A stretch of 64,000 bases of DNA from an uncultured Gemmatimonadaceae bacterium (GCA_963829055.1 CAWHHI010000018.1:38786-102785), one strand, 5' to 3'; shown: positions 1 to 10,889, counted from the stretch's first letter. Notes: a model not told the origin generated them from the sequence alone. Program-made: numbers and translations.

Positions 1-2954
1 CAGATCGGCGGGACGCCTAACGAAAAAGGATGGGCCGTCGAGTGGACCGAACCTCCTGAAACGCCGTTCGAGTACGCGCCGTCGTATCAGTTCGGCATTC
101 GGTCCGGCCGTCCCGGCGGCGGTTCCGGGTCGGGTGAGGGCGGTCTTGGTGATGCGGCGTCCTCGGGACGCGGGGCAGGCGCGGGCGGCGGACAGGCGAA
201 GGACGGTGACAAGGAAGGCGGCGCGGGAGAGAAGGAAGGAGCCGGGACCGGCGCGTCCGAAGGCATTGAAGGGAGCGCTGGTGCCGGCACGCAGGGCGGC
301 GTGGGCAAGGCGGCGGGCACAGGGGCGGGCGACAAGGACGGGCTCAAGGGCGGCAACGCAGGCGCTGGCGGAGCGGGCGGGCAGGCCGACCCCAACGCGC
401 ACCGCCTAACGGCACGCGAGGAGGCGCTGTGGCGCGACCTGTACGAGAAGATGACGGGGGCGCCGCCGGAAACATCAACGATCCGCTCGAACTGATCCGG
501 CTCTACGAGATTCTGCGTGAGCGGGTGCAAGACCCGAAGTTCTCTACCAAGGGTGAGCCGTGGACCGAGTTCGCGAAGTTCCTCGACAAGAACCGCGACA
601 AAATCGAGGGCATCATCCAGAGCGGCCCCGGCGGGCTGACCGCGCCGAAGATGGAGGAGATCATCAAGGAGTACGGAAAGTTCATCGCCGGTGAGCCCGA
701 CCAGGACAACAGAGAGGCGCTCAAGAGCGTCGAAGACTTCGACAAGGAGTTTCAGTACGATCCCGGATGGGCACAGCTCTCTCGCGCTGACCGGAAGCTG
801 CTCCTCGAATACGCGAAGCTGACGCCCGACCAGGTGGGTCACAGGAAGGTCGAGTTCCCGCGCATCACGACGAGCATGAAGATCGTGATGGCGCTGAAGG
901 CATCGGTGAAGAGCTGGCCGGGGGAAATCGCTGACGCGGCGTTCCACGCGTTCACGGACCCGGGATTCATCATCACGCTCATCGTGATGATGGCGATCTA
1001 CGTCGGGCTGTGGCTCACCCCCGACCCGAGCTTCGTGACGAAGATCGCCGCGGGCACACTGACCGTCACGCTGCTCCTCCAGTTCGCGTGGGAGGACATC
1101 TACGGGCTCGCCGTGGCGTGGAGCAATCTGTCCGACGCGTGCGCGGCGGCCACGCAGATGTCCGAGCTCCAGGCCGCGGGAGACCGCTTCGCGAAGAAGG
1201 TCGGGCAGGTCGGCTTCGACATCATCTGCTTCATCGTGATGGGTCGCCTCGCGAAGCGCGTCGGTCCGAAAGTGCAGAAGATCGCCGGCGAGCGGCTGGT
1301 CGCGAACGCCAAGGCACAGGTGACGGCCGCGGAAGCGAAGCCGGGGTCCGGCGTCAAACCCGCGGAAACGGCCGCATCGCGCACGGCGCTGAGTGACGCG
1401 AAAGCGAAAGCCGCATCCGACACGCCGACGGCGACGCTCGATGCGTTAGGCGATTCGCTACCCAAGTCGGCGAAGGATGGACTCGCCTCGCTTCGCAAAG
1501 CACAAGGCGACGCGAAGGCGTTGGCCGAGGTGGAAGCCGACGTGGCGGCGGGACGCGATCTCTCGCATGCGCTCGCCGAGCGTGGCATGTCGGCCGAGGC
1601 AAGGGCGGCGGCACGAGCGGACGTGTCAGCCGCGAACGAAGCCGTGGGGCGGGCGGACGCGAAGCTCGCGATGGCGAAAGCTAAGGCCGACATCGCCACC
1701 GCCGAACGCGCCGCCGCCGCGCAGGCGGAAGTGCTGGCGGCGGCCGGTGAGCTGGCGAAAGCACGCGGAGCGCTCACCGCTGCCGAAGCGAAACCGGGGA
1801 GCGGCGTGGCCAAGGCCGCACCGGCCGGAGCCGGCACCACGCTTCTCGACACCGCGAAGGCGACCGCGAAGTCCAAGACACCATCCGCGGTGCTCGACGA
1901 GCTCGCGGCGAAACTTCCCAAGGATGCGCGCCAGGGGCTCGCCGCGTCCCGCAAGTCCGGGAACGACGCGAACGTGCTTCGTACGCTCGAGGCGGAGGCC
2001 GCGAAGGGTCTCGACATCACGCGGTTGCTCGTCGAGAAGGGGACGACACCGGCGCAGCAAACCGCGGCGAAGGCCGACCTGCTGGCGGCAGAAGCGAAGC
2101 TCGCGCGCGCGGAGATGATCAAGGCGGAGACGTTCAAGGATCCGGCCGTTCGCGCAGAGGCGCGCACGAACGCGATGCGGCGTCTGAAAGCACGGCTCCA
2201 CGAAGCCGGGATCCTCGACAATCCGAAGGTCGCGAAGGCAATGAAGGGCGGCGACGTCACCGAGCTCCGCGGCGCGATCGGCGAAGCGCTCGGCCGCGCG
2301 CAACTCGCGGCCGAGTACCCGGCGAGCAAGGGTTACCGCATCCTCGCGAACATCGGCGTCGCGCGCGAGATCCCCGGGTACAAGACCATCGCCGAATGGC
2401 AGGCCGCCGACATCAAGGCGGGAGGCAAAGGCAACACCGCGAAGCTCGTGCAGCACAAGGGCAAGGTGTACGAGATGATCGGTGAGGTGGATTCCCTCGT
2501 GGTGAAGGGGGGCGGCAAAGGGAAGAAGTCGACCATCGTCGCGGCGGAGGAAGTGAAGAGCGGCGGGGAGACCGCCGGCAGCGCGACGAAACAGGTCAAG
2601 CAGGTCATCAAGGGGCTCGCCGACATTCAGGCTGGAGCGACGGACGTGAAGGTGTTCGAGCGTCCAGGGAAACATAAATTCGGCAAGGAGCTGACCGATA
2701 CGCTCGACCTGTCATCGTTAGGCACGGTGGACAAATTCGCGCGCGGGCCAAGAGGGAGAGAAGGCTACGGCACCAGGCAGCTCGGCTACACCACGGATGT
2801 CCTCGAAGCGGTTGCCAGGAACATCGTGAAGGAAGGCCTGCCTCCCAAGGGTCCGCAGAAGGTCGTTCCGCAGGCCTTCCCGAAAGGCGAGGAAGAGGAA
2901 GGCGAGAACGCCGTGGAGGAAGAAGCGAAGGAACCGGCCGGCGCGTCGCGCTGA
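1..2954 (+). CDS. Large polymorphic-toxin-like eCIS effector, 5'-truncated by the window, frameshift near 465; TM/pre-toxin region, internal repeat, C-terminal PD-(D/E)xK nuclease-like domain
   Basis: Frame 1 is open from base 1 (Gly-rich linker) to 495 and continues in ORF 429..2954. Hydrophobic segment FIITLIVMMAIYVGLWL. C-terminal motifs GAIGE...IGEVDSLVV...EEVKSG. Confidence 0.7.
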
Positions 2955-2996
2955 GGTGTAGTCCACGCGCTGAATCCTTTTGGGTTCTCTCGATTC

Positions 2997-3428
2997 ATGT
3001 CGCGCGCGTGGCGCGGCGGGCACCTTGGGCGCGCACTGCTCTCGGAGTCCACTCTGTCGCCGATCAGGATTCTGCTCGCTGCCATGCCAGGCATGATGCG
3101 CGACATCGTCGAGATGGCCATCCGCTCACAGCCCGACATGGTCATCGTCGGCCTGCTGAGCGTAGTCGCCGCGCGCGACGCGTTGACCGATGCCGTGCGC
3201 CGGGGACGACCCGACGTGGTCATCGTGGGCCTGGAGGCGGACACGGAGCCGCACGCGTGTGAGGCCCTGCTCTACGACCACCCGCGCGTTCGCCTCCTCG
3301 AGGTCATCGACGGCGGCCGGGCCGCAACGCTCTGCGAGCTGCGGCCGCATCGCGTGCCGATCGACAACGTGTCACCGGAAGGTCTCGTTGGCGCGATCCG
3401 CGCCGCGACCAGGGTCGGGATGTCCTGA
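2997..3428 (+). CDS. Degenerate response-regulator receiver-like protein (start uncertain)
   Basis: IRILLAAMPGMMRDIVEMAIRSQPDMVIVG...PDVVIVG resembles a NarL-type REC domain but lacks the acidic residues. TGATG overlap with the next gene. Confidence 0.55.
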   Translation: MSRAWRGGHLGRALLSESTLSPIRILLAAMPGMMRDIVEMAIRSQPDMVIVGLLSVVAARDALTDAVRRGRPDVVIVGLEADTEPHACEALLYDHPRVRLLEVIDGGRAATLCELRPHRVPIDNVSPEGLVGAIRAATRVGMS

Positions 3429-4345
3429 TGCTGCGATTGCTCGACATCATGATCCGCGACCTGCTGGTGGCCGAGTTGCCCGCGCTGGTCACCGACCAGC
3501 AAGTGCGCTTCCAGCCGCCGGACGCGCAGTTGCGCACGGACGTCGCGAACCTGGCCGCCGTCGCGCTCGACATCTATCTGGTGGATCTGCGCGAGAACCG
3601 GAAACTTCGCTCCAACGAACGCGTGCGGTCGACGAACGGCGATGGCTTCGTCACCACGGAGCGGTTGCCCGATCGCGTGGACTGCCACTATCTGATCAGT
3701 GCGTGGAGCCCCGCGCAGCTCGCGTTGCCGATCGTCGATCCGACGCTCGACGAGCACGCCCTCCTGTACGAGACGGCTGCGGTGCTGATGCGGGCGGGCG
3801 CGCTCAATCCGTCGCGCGTCTACCTGCCCGGCGCGCCGGCACTCGCCGCGTGGCCAGCGCGCTTTCGGGATATCGACCTCGGCTCGACGGTGCTTCCGCC
3901 TGAAGGATTCGGGCGGCTCTCCGAGTTCTGGACGACGATGGGGCAGGATATACGCTGGAAGCCGTGCCTCTACCTCATTGTCACGCTACCCGTGGCGCTG
4001 GTGCAGGAGGTGGCCGGTCCGATGGTGACGACGACGTTCACTGACCTGCGCGTTACCGCGGCCGCGGCGACGAGCGAGATGTGGCTGGGCATCGGCGGCC
4101 AGGTGATCGATGCGCGCACTGACCCTGGCAATCCCGTGCCGGTACCTAACGCCTGGGTGCGGCTCGAGACGCTCGCCGGCACGCCGGTGGGACTGGCGCA
4201 GGCGAGCGAGACCGGCCGGTTCACGTTCGAGCGACTGCGGGCCAGCCAGTACCGGATCCGCGGCGTCGCGACGGGGCTCGCCGAACAGACACGGACGGTG
4301 GACGTGCCGAGCGAGACGGGCGAGTACGACCTGCGGTTCACATGA
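3428..4345 (+). CDS. DUF4255 / Pvc16(Afp16)-like eCIS cap protein with C-terminal carboxypeptidase-regulatory-like domain
   Basis: LDIYLVDLRENRKLRSNE...VDCHYLISAW...FWTTMG...KPCLYLIVTLPV. C-terminal beta-sandwich GQVID...PVPNAWV...GRFTF. Lies directly upstream of the sheath gene. Confidence 0.85.
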   Translation: MLRLLDIMIRDLLVAELPALVTDQQVRFQPPDAQLRTDVANLAAVALDIYLVDLRENRKLRSNERVRSTNGDGFVTTERLPDRVDCHYLISAWSPAQLALPIVDPTLDEHALLYETAAVLMRAGALNPSRVYLPGAPALAAWPARFRDIDLGSTVLPPEGFGRLSEFWTTMGQDIRWKPCLYLIVTLPVALVQEVAGPMVTTTFTDLRVTAAAATSEMWLGIGGQVIDARTDPGNPVPVPNAWVRLETLAGTPVGLAQASETGRFTFERLRASQYRIRGVATGLAEQTRTVDVPSETGEYDLRFT

Positions 4346-4368
4346 GCGCAATCCGCGAGGAGTGGACA

Positions 4369-6353
4369 ATGGCGGTTCAGACTTCGTATCCCGGCGTCTA
4401 CATCCATGAGTTCACCCCCGGCGCACCAATCCAGGGCGTGGGGACAAGCACGGCGGCGTTCCTCGGCATCGCCGCACGCGGCGAACTCGACACGCCGACG
4501 AAGGTCACGAGCTGGGACCAGTTCCGACAGACGTTCGGCGAGCTGCCGGCGGCCGGATTCTTTCTCTGGTACGCGGTGCGCGGGTTCTTCGAGAACGGTG
4601 GGCAGGTGTGTTACGTCGTCCGCGTGAGCAACGGCGACTACCAGGAACTCGCGCTGGTGGACCGGAGCGCCGCCGGCAATGACATCATCCGCGTCCGCGC
4701 GCGACAGCCCGGAATTCCGGCGACGGCCATCCAGATCACCGTCGCCGACCACCACGAGCTCACGACCGCTGACACGTCCGTCTTCCAGCCGCAGGGCACG
4801 CTCTCGGCCGCGGTGGCCACCCGCACCATCGCGTTAGGTGTCGGGGAGGGCGCGCGCTTTCGGCCGGGCGACGAGGTGACCGTGGCCGGCGGTGGGCAAC
4901 GTGCGACAGTCGTCCGAGTGACCGGCGACTCGTTGCGAGTCGACCGCGACATTACCGGGGCGATTGGGGACACGCTGCAGCTCGCCAATGCCGCACCGGG
5001 GACGCGGGTCATCCGCCTGTCGTCGACAGCGCCGACCATCTCGACCGGCCTCATTCCGGGGGCGATGCTCACGATCGACGACGGCACGAATGCCGACTCG
5101 CAGATCGTCGAGTCCGTGCAGACGGAATTCCTCGGTGGCGGTACAGTGACGTATCGGGTGACGTTCCGCGAGGGGATTCGCATCCCGCTCTCGCTCGACC
5201 CGGCGACGCCGGCCACCGTGCAGTCGGAGGAGTTCGACCTGACGGTGGCGCAGGGCGCGGGAACGACGCTACAGTGCGCTTGGCACGGACGCGACGCACC
5301 CGCGCTTCTTCCTGCGCGTGGTGAACGGCGACCCGAACGCGCTCGTTAGGCTCGAGCTGGTCGAGCCTCCGCCGCCGGCGATGGCGCCCGACAACCTCCC
5401 GCTCGCGGGCGGTCCGACCGCGCTGACGGGCGGCGCGGCCGAGGACCTGACGACGCTGGCGAGCCAGGACTACCTGGACGCGCTCGATACGCTGCGCGGG
5501 ATCGACGACGTGAACCTCGTCGCGATCCCGGATGCGTGCGGTCGCGAGACGCCGAACGGGACCCGGTGACCGTGCAGCAGGCGATCATCGCGCATTGCGA
5601 GCAGCTGGCGGACCGCTTCGCCGTGCTCGACCCGCAGCCCGGGCTCGACCTGTTCGGCGCGGACGTCGATCGAGGTGCAGCGCGCGCGGGCTCGACTCCA
5701 CGCGCGGCTACGCGGCGCTCTACTACCCATGGCTGCGCGTCCGGCCGGCCGGACCGGGGGACGCCGGTCCTGGTGCCGCCGTCCGGCCACGTGTGCGGCG
5801 TCATCGCGCGCAGCGATCTGACGCGCGGCGTGCACAAGGCGCCGGCGAACGAGATCGTCAACGGCGCGTTGGGCGTCGAGCGCACGATGAGCGACGTCGA
5901 CCAGGGGCAGCTCAACCTGCAGGGCATCAACGTCATCCGCGTCTTCCGGTGGGCGGCGCGGCCGATCGTGTGGGGTGCGCGCACGACGGCCGACGCGACA
6001 CGAACTGGCAGTACGTCAACATCCGGCGCCTGTTCCTCTTCCTCGAGGAGTCGATCGCAGGAAGGGCATCAGGTGGGCGGTGTTCGAGCCGAACAACCTG
6101 TCGCTCTGGCAGAAGCTTCGAAGCGCACGATCACCGAGTTCCTCACGCGCGTCTGGCGCGACGGCGCGCTGTTCGGCGAGACAGCCCGAGGATGCGTTCT
6201 ACGTGCGCATCGACGAGGTGCTGAATCCGTTCTCGGAGCAGGCGCTGGGCCGGCTGCACATCGAGATCGGCGTCCGCCCGACCTATCCCGGCGGAGTTCA
6301 TCATCGTCCGCATCGGCATCTGGGCGGGCGGATCCGAGGTCAGCGAGGGCTGA
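4369..6353 (+). CDS. Contractile tail sheath protein (several frameshifts)
   Basis: N-terminus SYPGVYIHEFTPGAPIQGVGTSTAAFLG. Later fragments AIIAHCEQLADRFAVLD, YAALYYPWL, PPSGHVCGVIARSDLTRGVHKAPANE, WQYVNIRRLFLFLEESI, WAVFEPN. Confidence 0.93.
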
Positions 6354-6374
6354 GCGCGTCGAGGAGGAACGACC

Positions 6375-6819
6375 ATGGCGCACCGGAGTCACGCATCGAC
6401 CCGTATCGTCAACTTCAACTTCCTCGTCGAGATCGACGGCATCACGCGCGCCGCCTTCCAGCGAGGTGCAGCGGCTTCGATTCGACGATCGACGTCATCG
6501 AGCATCGCGAGGGTGGTGACAACACGACGCCGCGCAAGCTCCCCGGGCATGACCAAGTACAGCAACATCGTCGCTCAAGTGGGGCATGACCGACGACCAC
6601 GAGCTGTACGACGTGGCATCGCGGACGCGGTGCAACGGCGACGATGCAGCGCAAGAACGGCTCGATCGTCCTGCTCGATCGCCGCGGGCAGGAGGTGGCG
6701 CGGTGGAACTTCTTCAGGCGTGGCCGGCGAAGTGGACGGGGCCCCGACTTACGGCAGAGGGCACCGACGTGGCGATCGAGCCGCTCGAGCTGGCGCACGA
6801 GGGCGTCGAGCGGGCGTGA
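6375..6819 (+). CDS. Tail tube protein (T4 gp19-like), frameshifted
   Basis: Fragments NFNFLVEIDGI, CSGFDSTIDVIEHREGGDN..PRKLPG, RKNGSIVLLDR.GQEVARWNF, AWPAKWTGP, VAIEPLELAHEGVERA. GAGGAGG RBS at 6361. Confidence 0.9.
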
Positions 6820-6884
6820 GGCACGATCGTGGCCCGCTAACGCCATCCGACGTCGGCCCTCGACGATGACAAGGGAGAGACGGC

Positions 6885-7250
6885 ATGTTCCAGACCGAGC
6901 ACGAGTTCACGCTGCCCATGGGGCTATCTCGACGAGGACGGCACGCTCCACCGCGACGGCGTGATGCGACTGGCGACCGCGGCCGACGAGATCCTGCCGC
7001 TCAAGGACCCGCGGGTGCAGAAGAACCCGGCCTACCTGATGGTGATCCTGCTCGTCGCGCGTGGTGACGCGCATCGGGTGCGGTGGACCCGGTGACCCCG
7101 AAGGTGATCGAGGGTCTGTTCGCGGCCGACCTGGCGTATCTGCAGGACCTCTACAACGAGATCAATCGCGGCGGACGAGCGCGCCGACGCGTGGTCTGCC
7201 CGCAGTGCCAGCACGCGTTCGCGCCGGAGGACGCACTCGCGGGGGGATCG
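6885..7250 (+). CDS. Tail assembly chaperone-like protein (frameshifted; 3' end approximate)
   Basis: MFQTEHEFTLPMG(Y)LDEDGTLHRDGVMRLATAADEILPLKDPRVQKNPAYL...IEGLFAADLAYLQDLYNEIN...CPQC. This is the typical eCIS gene after the tube. Confidence 0.8.
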
Positions 7251-7251
7251 T

Positions 7252-7404
7252 GGCTACCCCCTCGACCAGCTCCACGAGGAGGTAGCCTTCGTCGCCTATC
7301 ACTTCCACTGGCCCCAGGAGGAGGTCATGGCGCTGGAGCACGCTGATCGCCGGCGCTGGGTGCAGGAGATCTCGGCGATCAACCGGCAGGTGAACGGCGA
7401 ATGA
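7252..7404 (+). CDS. DUF6760-like small chaperone extension (no start codon of its own)
   Basis: GYPLDQLHEEVAFVAYHFHWPQEEVMALEHADRRRWVQEISAIN, following the G-run at 7241-7246. Confidence 0.75.
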   Translation, partial: GYPLDQLHEEVAFVAYHFHWPQEEVMALEHADRRRWVQEISAINRQVNGE

Positions 7405-8064
7405 GGGAGACACGCGGCTCGGCCGGGGCGTGGGCGCCGTGGGGTGCGAACGTGCGATTCGCCGAGCGGGTCGCGTCGCGGCACGCGCGCGTGGCGTCGT
7501 GGCGCGACGTCGCGGGTCGCGTGATGGCGCGGGCAGCGCGCGGCGTCGGGCGGATGACGGCGCGGCACGAGTGGCGGGTGGTGCGCCTCGAGCTGCGCGT
7601 GCGAGTGGACGGCGGGGGAGCTGGCGGTAACGCTCGGCGGCCCATGGTGGTGGCGTGGGCTCCCCCCCCCGCTTTCGATGTACGACCGCTCGAGCAGTTC
7701 GTCGTCATCCATCCGCCGCGACAATGAGCGACGCGTCGCCAGTCCCGACCGCATCGAGCGTGTGCCCGTGGGAAGATCTACATCCCCTGCCGCATCCGCC
7801 TCGCCGTACGCTCGCGCGTTCCCCGCCGTCCCCCGCGTCCTCCGCCGTGGCGCGCCTAACAATGTACCGACCGACGTCGACGCGCGGGACGTCGCGCGGC
7901 CGGCGCGGCACTCGTCTGGCTCCGTCGCCCCGTATGTCATTAGGCGCGCCGAGCGCACCGTTCTCCGCGTTCACGCCGCCGGAGCTGGACCGCTTGACCG
8001 ACGCAGGTCGTCGACGCGATCGACCGGCGGCTCGCTGCCTACCGCGAACGCCAGGGGAGAGTGA
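7401..8064 (+). CDS. Low-complexity eCIS hypothetical protein (frameshifted; boundaries approximate)
   Basis: Fills the gap between chaperone and LysM gene. C-terminal helix ELDRLTD-QVVDAIDRRLAAYRERQGR is of the type seen at this position in eCIS loci. Confidence 0.5.
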
Positions 8065-8066
8065 CG

Positions 8067-8722
8067 ATGGCGCTCGAGAAGGCCATCCTGCTCAATACCG
8101 TCACTGGGCGACGCGTCGAGGTGCAGTTCAACCCCGAGGAGTACACGCTCGATCGCGAAGCCGTGTGCGCACAGGCCGCCGTGCCTGGACTCGGCGCCCC
8201 TCTCGTGCAGTTCGCGAACGGCAAGCTGCAGACGCTGGAGCTCGAGCTGCTGGTGGACACCTACGAGGCCCGGCGGTGCCGGTGCCGACGTCCGTGAAGC
8301 AGGTCACCTCGCTCATGGACATCGACCCGACGATCCACGCGCCACCAGTCGTACTGTTCGCCTGGGGATCGCTGACGTTCACCTGCGTCCTCGCGCGGGC
8401 GAACCAGAAGTTCATCCTGTTCCGTCCCGACGGCACCCCCGTCCGCGCGCGCGTCACCGTCACGCTCAGCGAGTACCGGAACATCGAGCTCGAGGCCAAG
8501 GAGGTCAAGCGCGAGACCGTCGACTACACGAAGCTCTACACAGTCTCCCAAGGTGAGACGCTGAGCACGATCGCGGCGCACGTCTACGGCGCAAGCGCAA
8601 CCTGGCGCCCCATCGCCATTCACAACGGGATCGACGACCCGCGGGCGCTCGACATCGGGCAACGGCTCGAGATCCCGCGCCTTCCGTTCCGCGACCCGGA
8701 AACGGGCGAGGTGATGCGCTGA
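8067..8722 (+). CDS. CIS tube-initiator / LysM-domain protein (Afp7-like), frameshift near 8275
   Basis: VEVQFNPEEYTL...HAPPVVLFAWG...FRPDGTPVRARVTVTLSEY. LysM YTVSQGETLSTIAAHVYG...WRPIAIHNGIDDP. Confidence 0.9.
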
Positions 8723-8723
8723 T

Positions 8724-9904
8724 ATGACCGCGCCCGCACTCCGCCACATCCCCGAGTTCCGCGTCGCTATCAGTGGGCACGACATCCCCGCCGCGCTCCG
8801 CAACTCCATCACCAGCGTGAGGTACGAGGACGGCACCGGCGCCGCCGACCGGGTGGAGCTGGGCGTCGCCAACGTCGATCTGCGCTGGCTCCAGGAGCAC
8901 ATCCGAGGGCTCGGTTTCCAGCCGTTTCCCACGGGCATCCGCCTCGGTCCCACGCGGGTGACGCCAAGCGACGGACTGTTCGACGTGGACAACAAGCTGA
9001 CGCCTCGCGATGGGCTACGGACCTGGCGCGCTCGACCAGATGCCGAGGGCGAGATCACCGGCGTCCAGGCGAGCTTCCCGAGCGGCGGCGTGCCGGGAAT
9101 GACGATCGTCGCGCACGACTACCTGCATCGCCTCACGGTGGCCGCACGCGCGCGGCTTCGGGCCGCTTCCGGATGCGCTGATCGCCCGCATCCTGAGCAT
9201 CGAGAACTTCCTCGTCCCGCTCATCGATCCGGTGGTCGACGTCGCGTCGACGGCGCTAGCGGTCGTCAACTACATCTTCAGCCGGAGCGGGCGGAAGCAA
9301 AAGGCGCAGAGCGACTTCGAGCTCATGCAGGAGCTCGCCGCCGCCCGACGCCGACTTCTGGGTGGAAGGGGACGTGCTGTTCGTTTCCCGACTGTTCCCC
9401 AAGGAGTATTCGCCGCGCCTAACGCTGAGGTGGGGCGAGTCGCTCATGGACTTCTCGCCGTCGGTCAACACCGTCGGTCAGGTGGCCGCCGCGGCAATGA
9501 AGTTCACACTGCGCGAGCTCAAGGTCAGCTTTCTCGTGACCGTCTTCTGGGACTTCGACCGTGAGGCCGCAGGCATCACCGTCGAGCCGGGAGAAGCCGT
9601 GGCCGGCGCGAAGAAACGGAGCAAGCCGGCGTACACGATCGTCGACCAGCCGATCGCGAGCCCGGCTGACATCCCCACGAGCGCGCTCGCCATCTACCAC
9701 GAGCTGCGCAAGCGCCTCAACAACCGCCTAACGGCAAGCGGTACGTGCGTGGGCGATCCACGCGTTCGCGCTGGTGCCGTCGTCCGCTTCGACGGACTCG
9801 GCCCCGATTTCAGCGGCGACTATCGCATCGCGAGCGCCACCCACACGATCGACAGCGGCGGCTACCGCACGAGCTTCAAGGCGCGAAAGGAGATTCTTCC
9901 ATGA
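8724..9904 (+). CDS. Baseplate hub / phage late control D (gp27-like), frameshifted
   Basis: GEITGVQASFPSGGVPGMTIVAHDYLHRL, QSDFELMQELA, LTLRWGESLMDFSP, GDPRVRAGAVVRFDGLGPDFSGDYRIASATHTIDSGGYRTSF. Confidence 0.85.
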
Positions 9905-10596
9905 TCGAGTCGCTGTTCGAGACAATCGAGCAATCGATCGAGGACGTGAAGCGGAAGTTCTACGGCGTGGCAAGCGGCATCGTCGCGTCGACCGACGATC
10001 CGGAGATGCTGGGCCGAGTCCAGGTGAAGCTGCCGTTTCTCGACGCCGTGGATCAGGCCCCGTGGGCGCGCGTCGCCGTTCCGCTCGCCGGGCGACTGCA
10101 CGGCCACTACTTCATCCCTCGGGTGGACGACGAGGTGCTCGTGGCGTTCGAGCACGGCGACACGCTCGTGCCATACGTCATTGGCTCGCTCTGGAACGCG
10201 TTCGCGCCGCCGCCGCGTCAGTCGCCGACGCCGGAGATCCACGTCATCCGCACGCAGGCCGGCAACCAGATCGCGATCGCCGAGAATCCGGCGTCGATCA
10301 CGATCCAGACCGAGGCGGCGTCGCCGATACCCATGCCGATGCCGGCGTCGCCCACCGGACCGCACCAGACGATCGCGCTCGATACGAAAGGGATCTCCGC
10401 GATGACGCCGACGAAGATCACGCTGCAGGTCAGCACGACGAGCGTGGTCATCGCACCGGACAGCATCACGCTGCGAGTCGGCGGGAATACCGTGTCCATC
10501 GGCACGAGCGGTGTGGACATCACCGCGTCCGGCACGATCAACATCAAGGCCAGCGGCAACTGCACCGTGCAGGCGTCCCTGGTCCAGATCAACTGA
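9901..10596 (+). CDS. Spike protein (baseplate assembly protein V / gp5 OB-fold plus beta-helix)
   Basis: FYGVASGIV..TDDPEMLGRVQVKLP...WARVAVPLAG...YFIPRVDDEVLVAFEHGD..PYVIGSLWN. Beta-repeat tail ending VQIN. Confidence 0.92.
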   Translation: MIESLFETIEQSIEDVKRKFYGVASGIVASTDDPEMLGRVQVKLPFLDAVDQAPWARVAVPLAGRLHGHYFIPRVDDEVLVAFEHGDTLVPYVIGSLWNAFAPPPRQSPTPEIHVIRTQAGNQIAIAENPASITIQTEAASPIPMPMPASPTGPHQTIALDTKGISAMTPTKITLQVSTTSVVIAPDSITLRVGGNTVSIGTSGVDITASGTINIKASGNCTVQASLVQIN

Positions 10597-10605
10597 GCAT
10601 CGACC

Positions 10606-10887
10606 ATGCCGCCCGCCGCGCGCCTCACAGAACAGACTGGCCATCCAGGCCTCGTTGCCGGTCCCGGGGTGCCTAACGTCATCATCGCCGGGCTCCCGTC
10701 AGCCGTCGTGGGCGACACGCACATCTGCCTCATGCCGCCTACCGCCGGGCCACACCCGCCGGCGCCGTTTCCATCGGGGAGCACGACTGTTCTCATCGGC
10801 GGGCGGCCGGCGCTTCGCATGGGCGATGTGTCATCGTGCGGCGCACCCATCGTCAGCGGCGCCCCAACCGTGCTCCTCGGAGGGTAG
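10606..10887 (+). CDS. PAAR-domain spike tip
   Basis: MPPAARL..., GSTTVLIGGRPALRMGD..SCGAPIVSGAPTVLLGG. Confidence 0.93.
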   Translation: MPPAARLTEQTGHPGLVAGPGVPNVIIAGLPSAVVGDTHICLMPPTAGPHPPAPFPSGSTTVLIGGRPALRMGDVSSCGAPIVSGAPTVLLGG

Positions 10888-10889
10888 GC

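Noticed and set aside
5260..9400. Many frameshifts suggesting the eCIS is pseudogenised
   Set aside because: The same single-base indels affect the RND pump, kinase, protease and response regulator in patches, with motifs intact on both sides. Long-read consensus error is more parsimonious.
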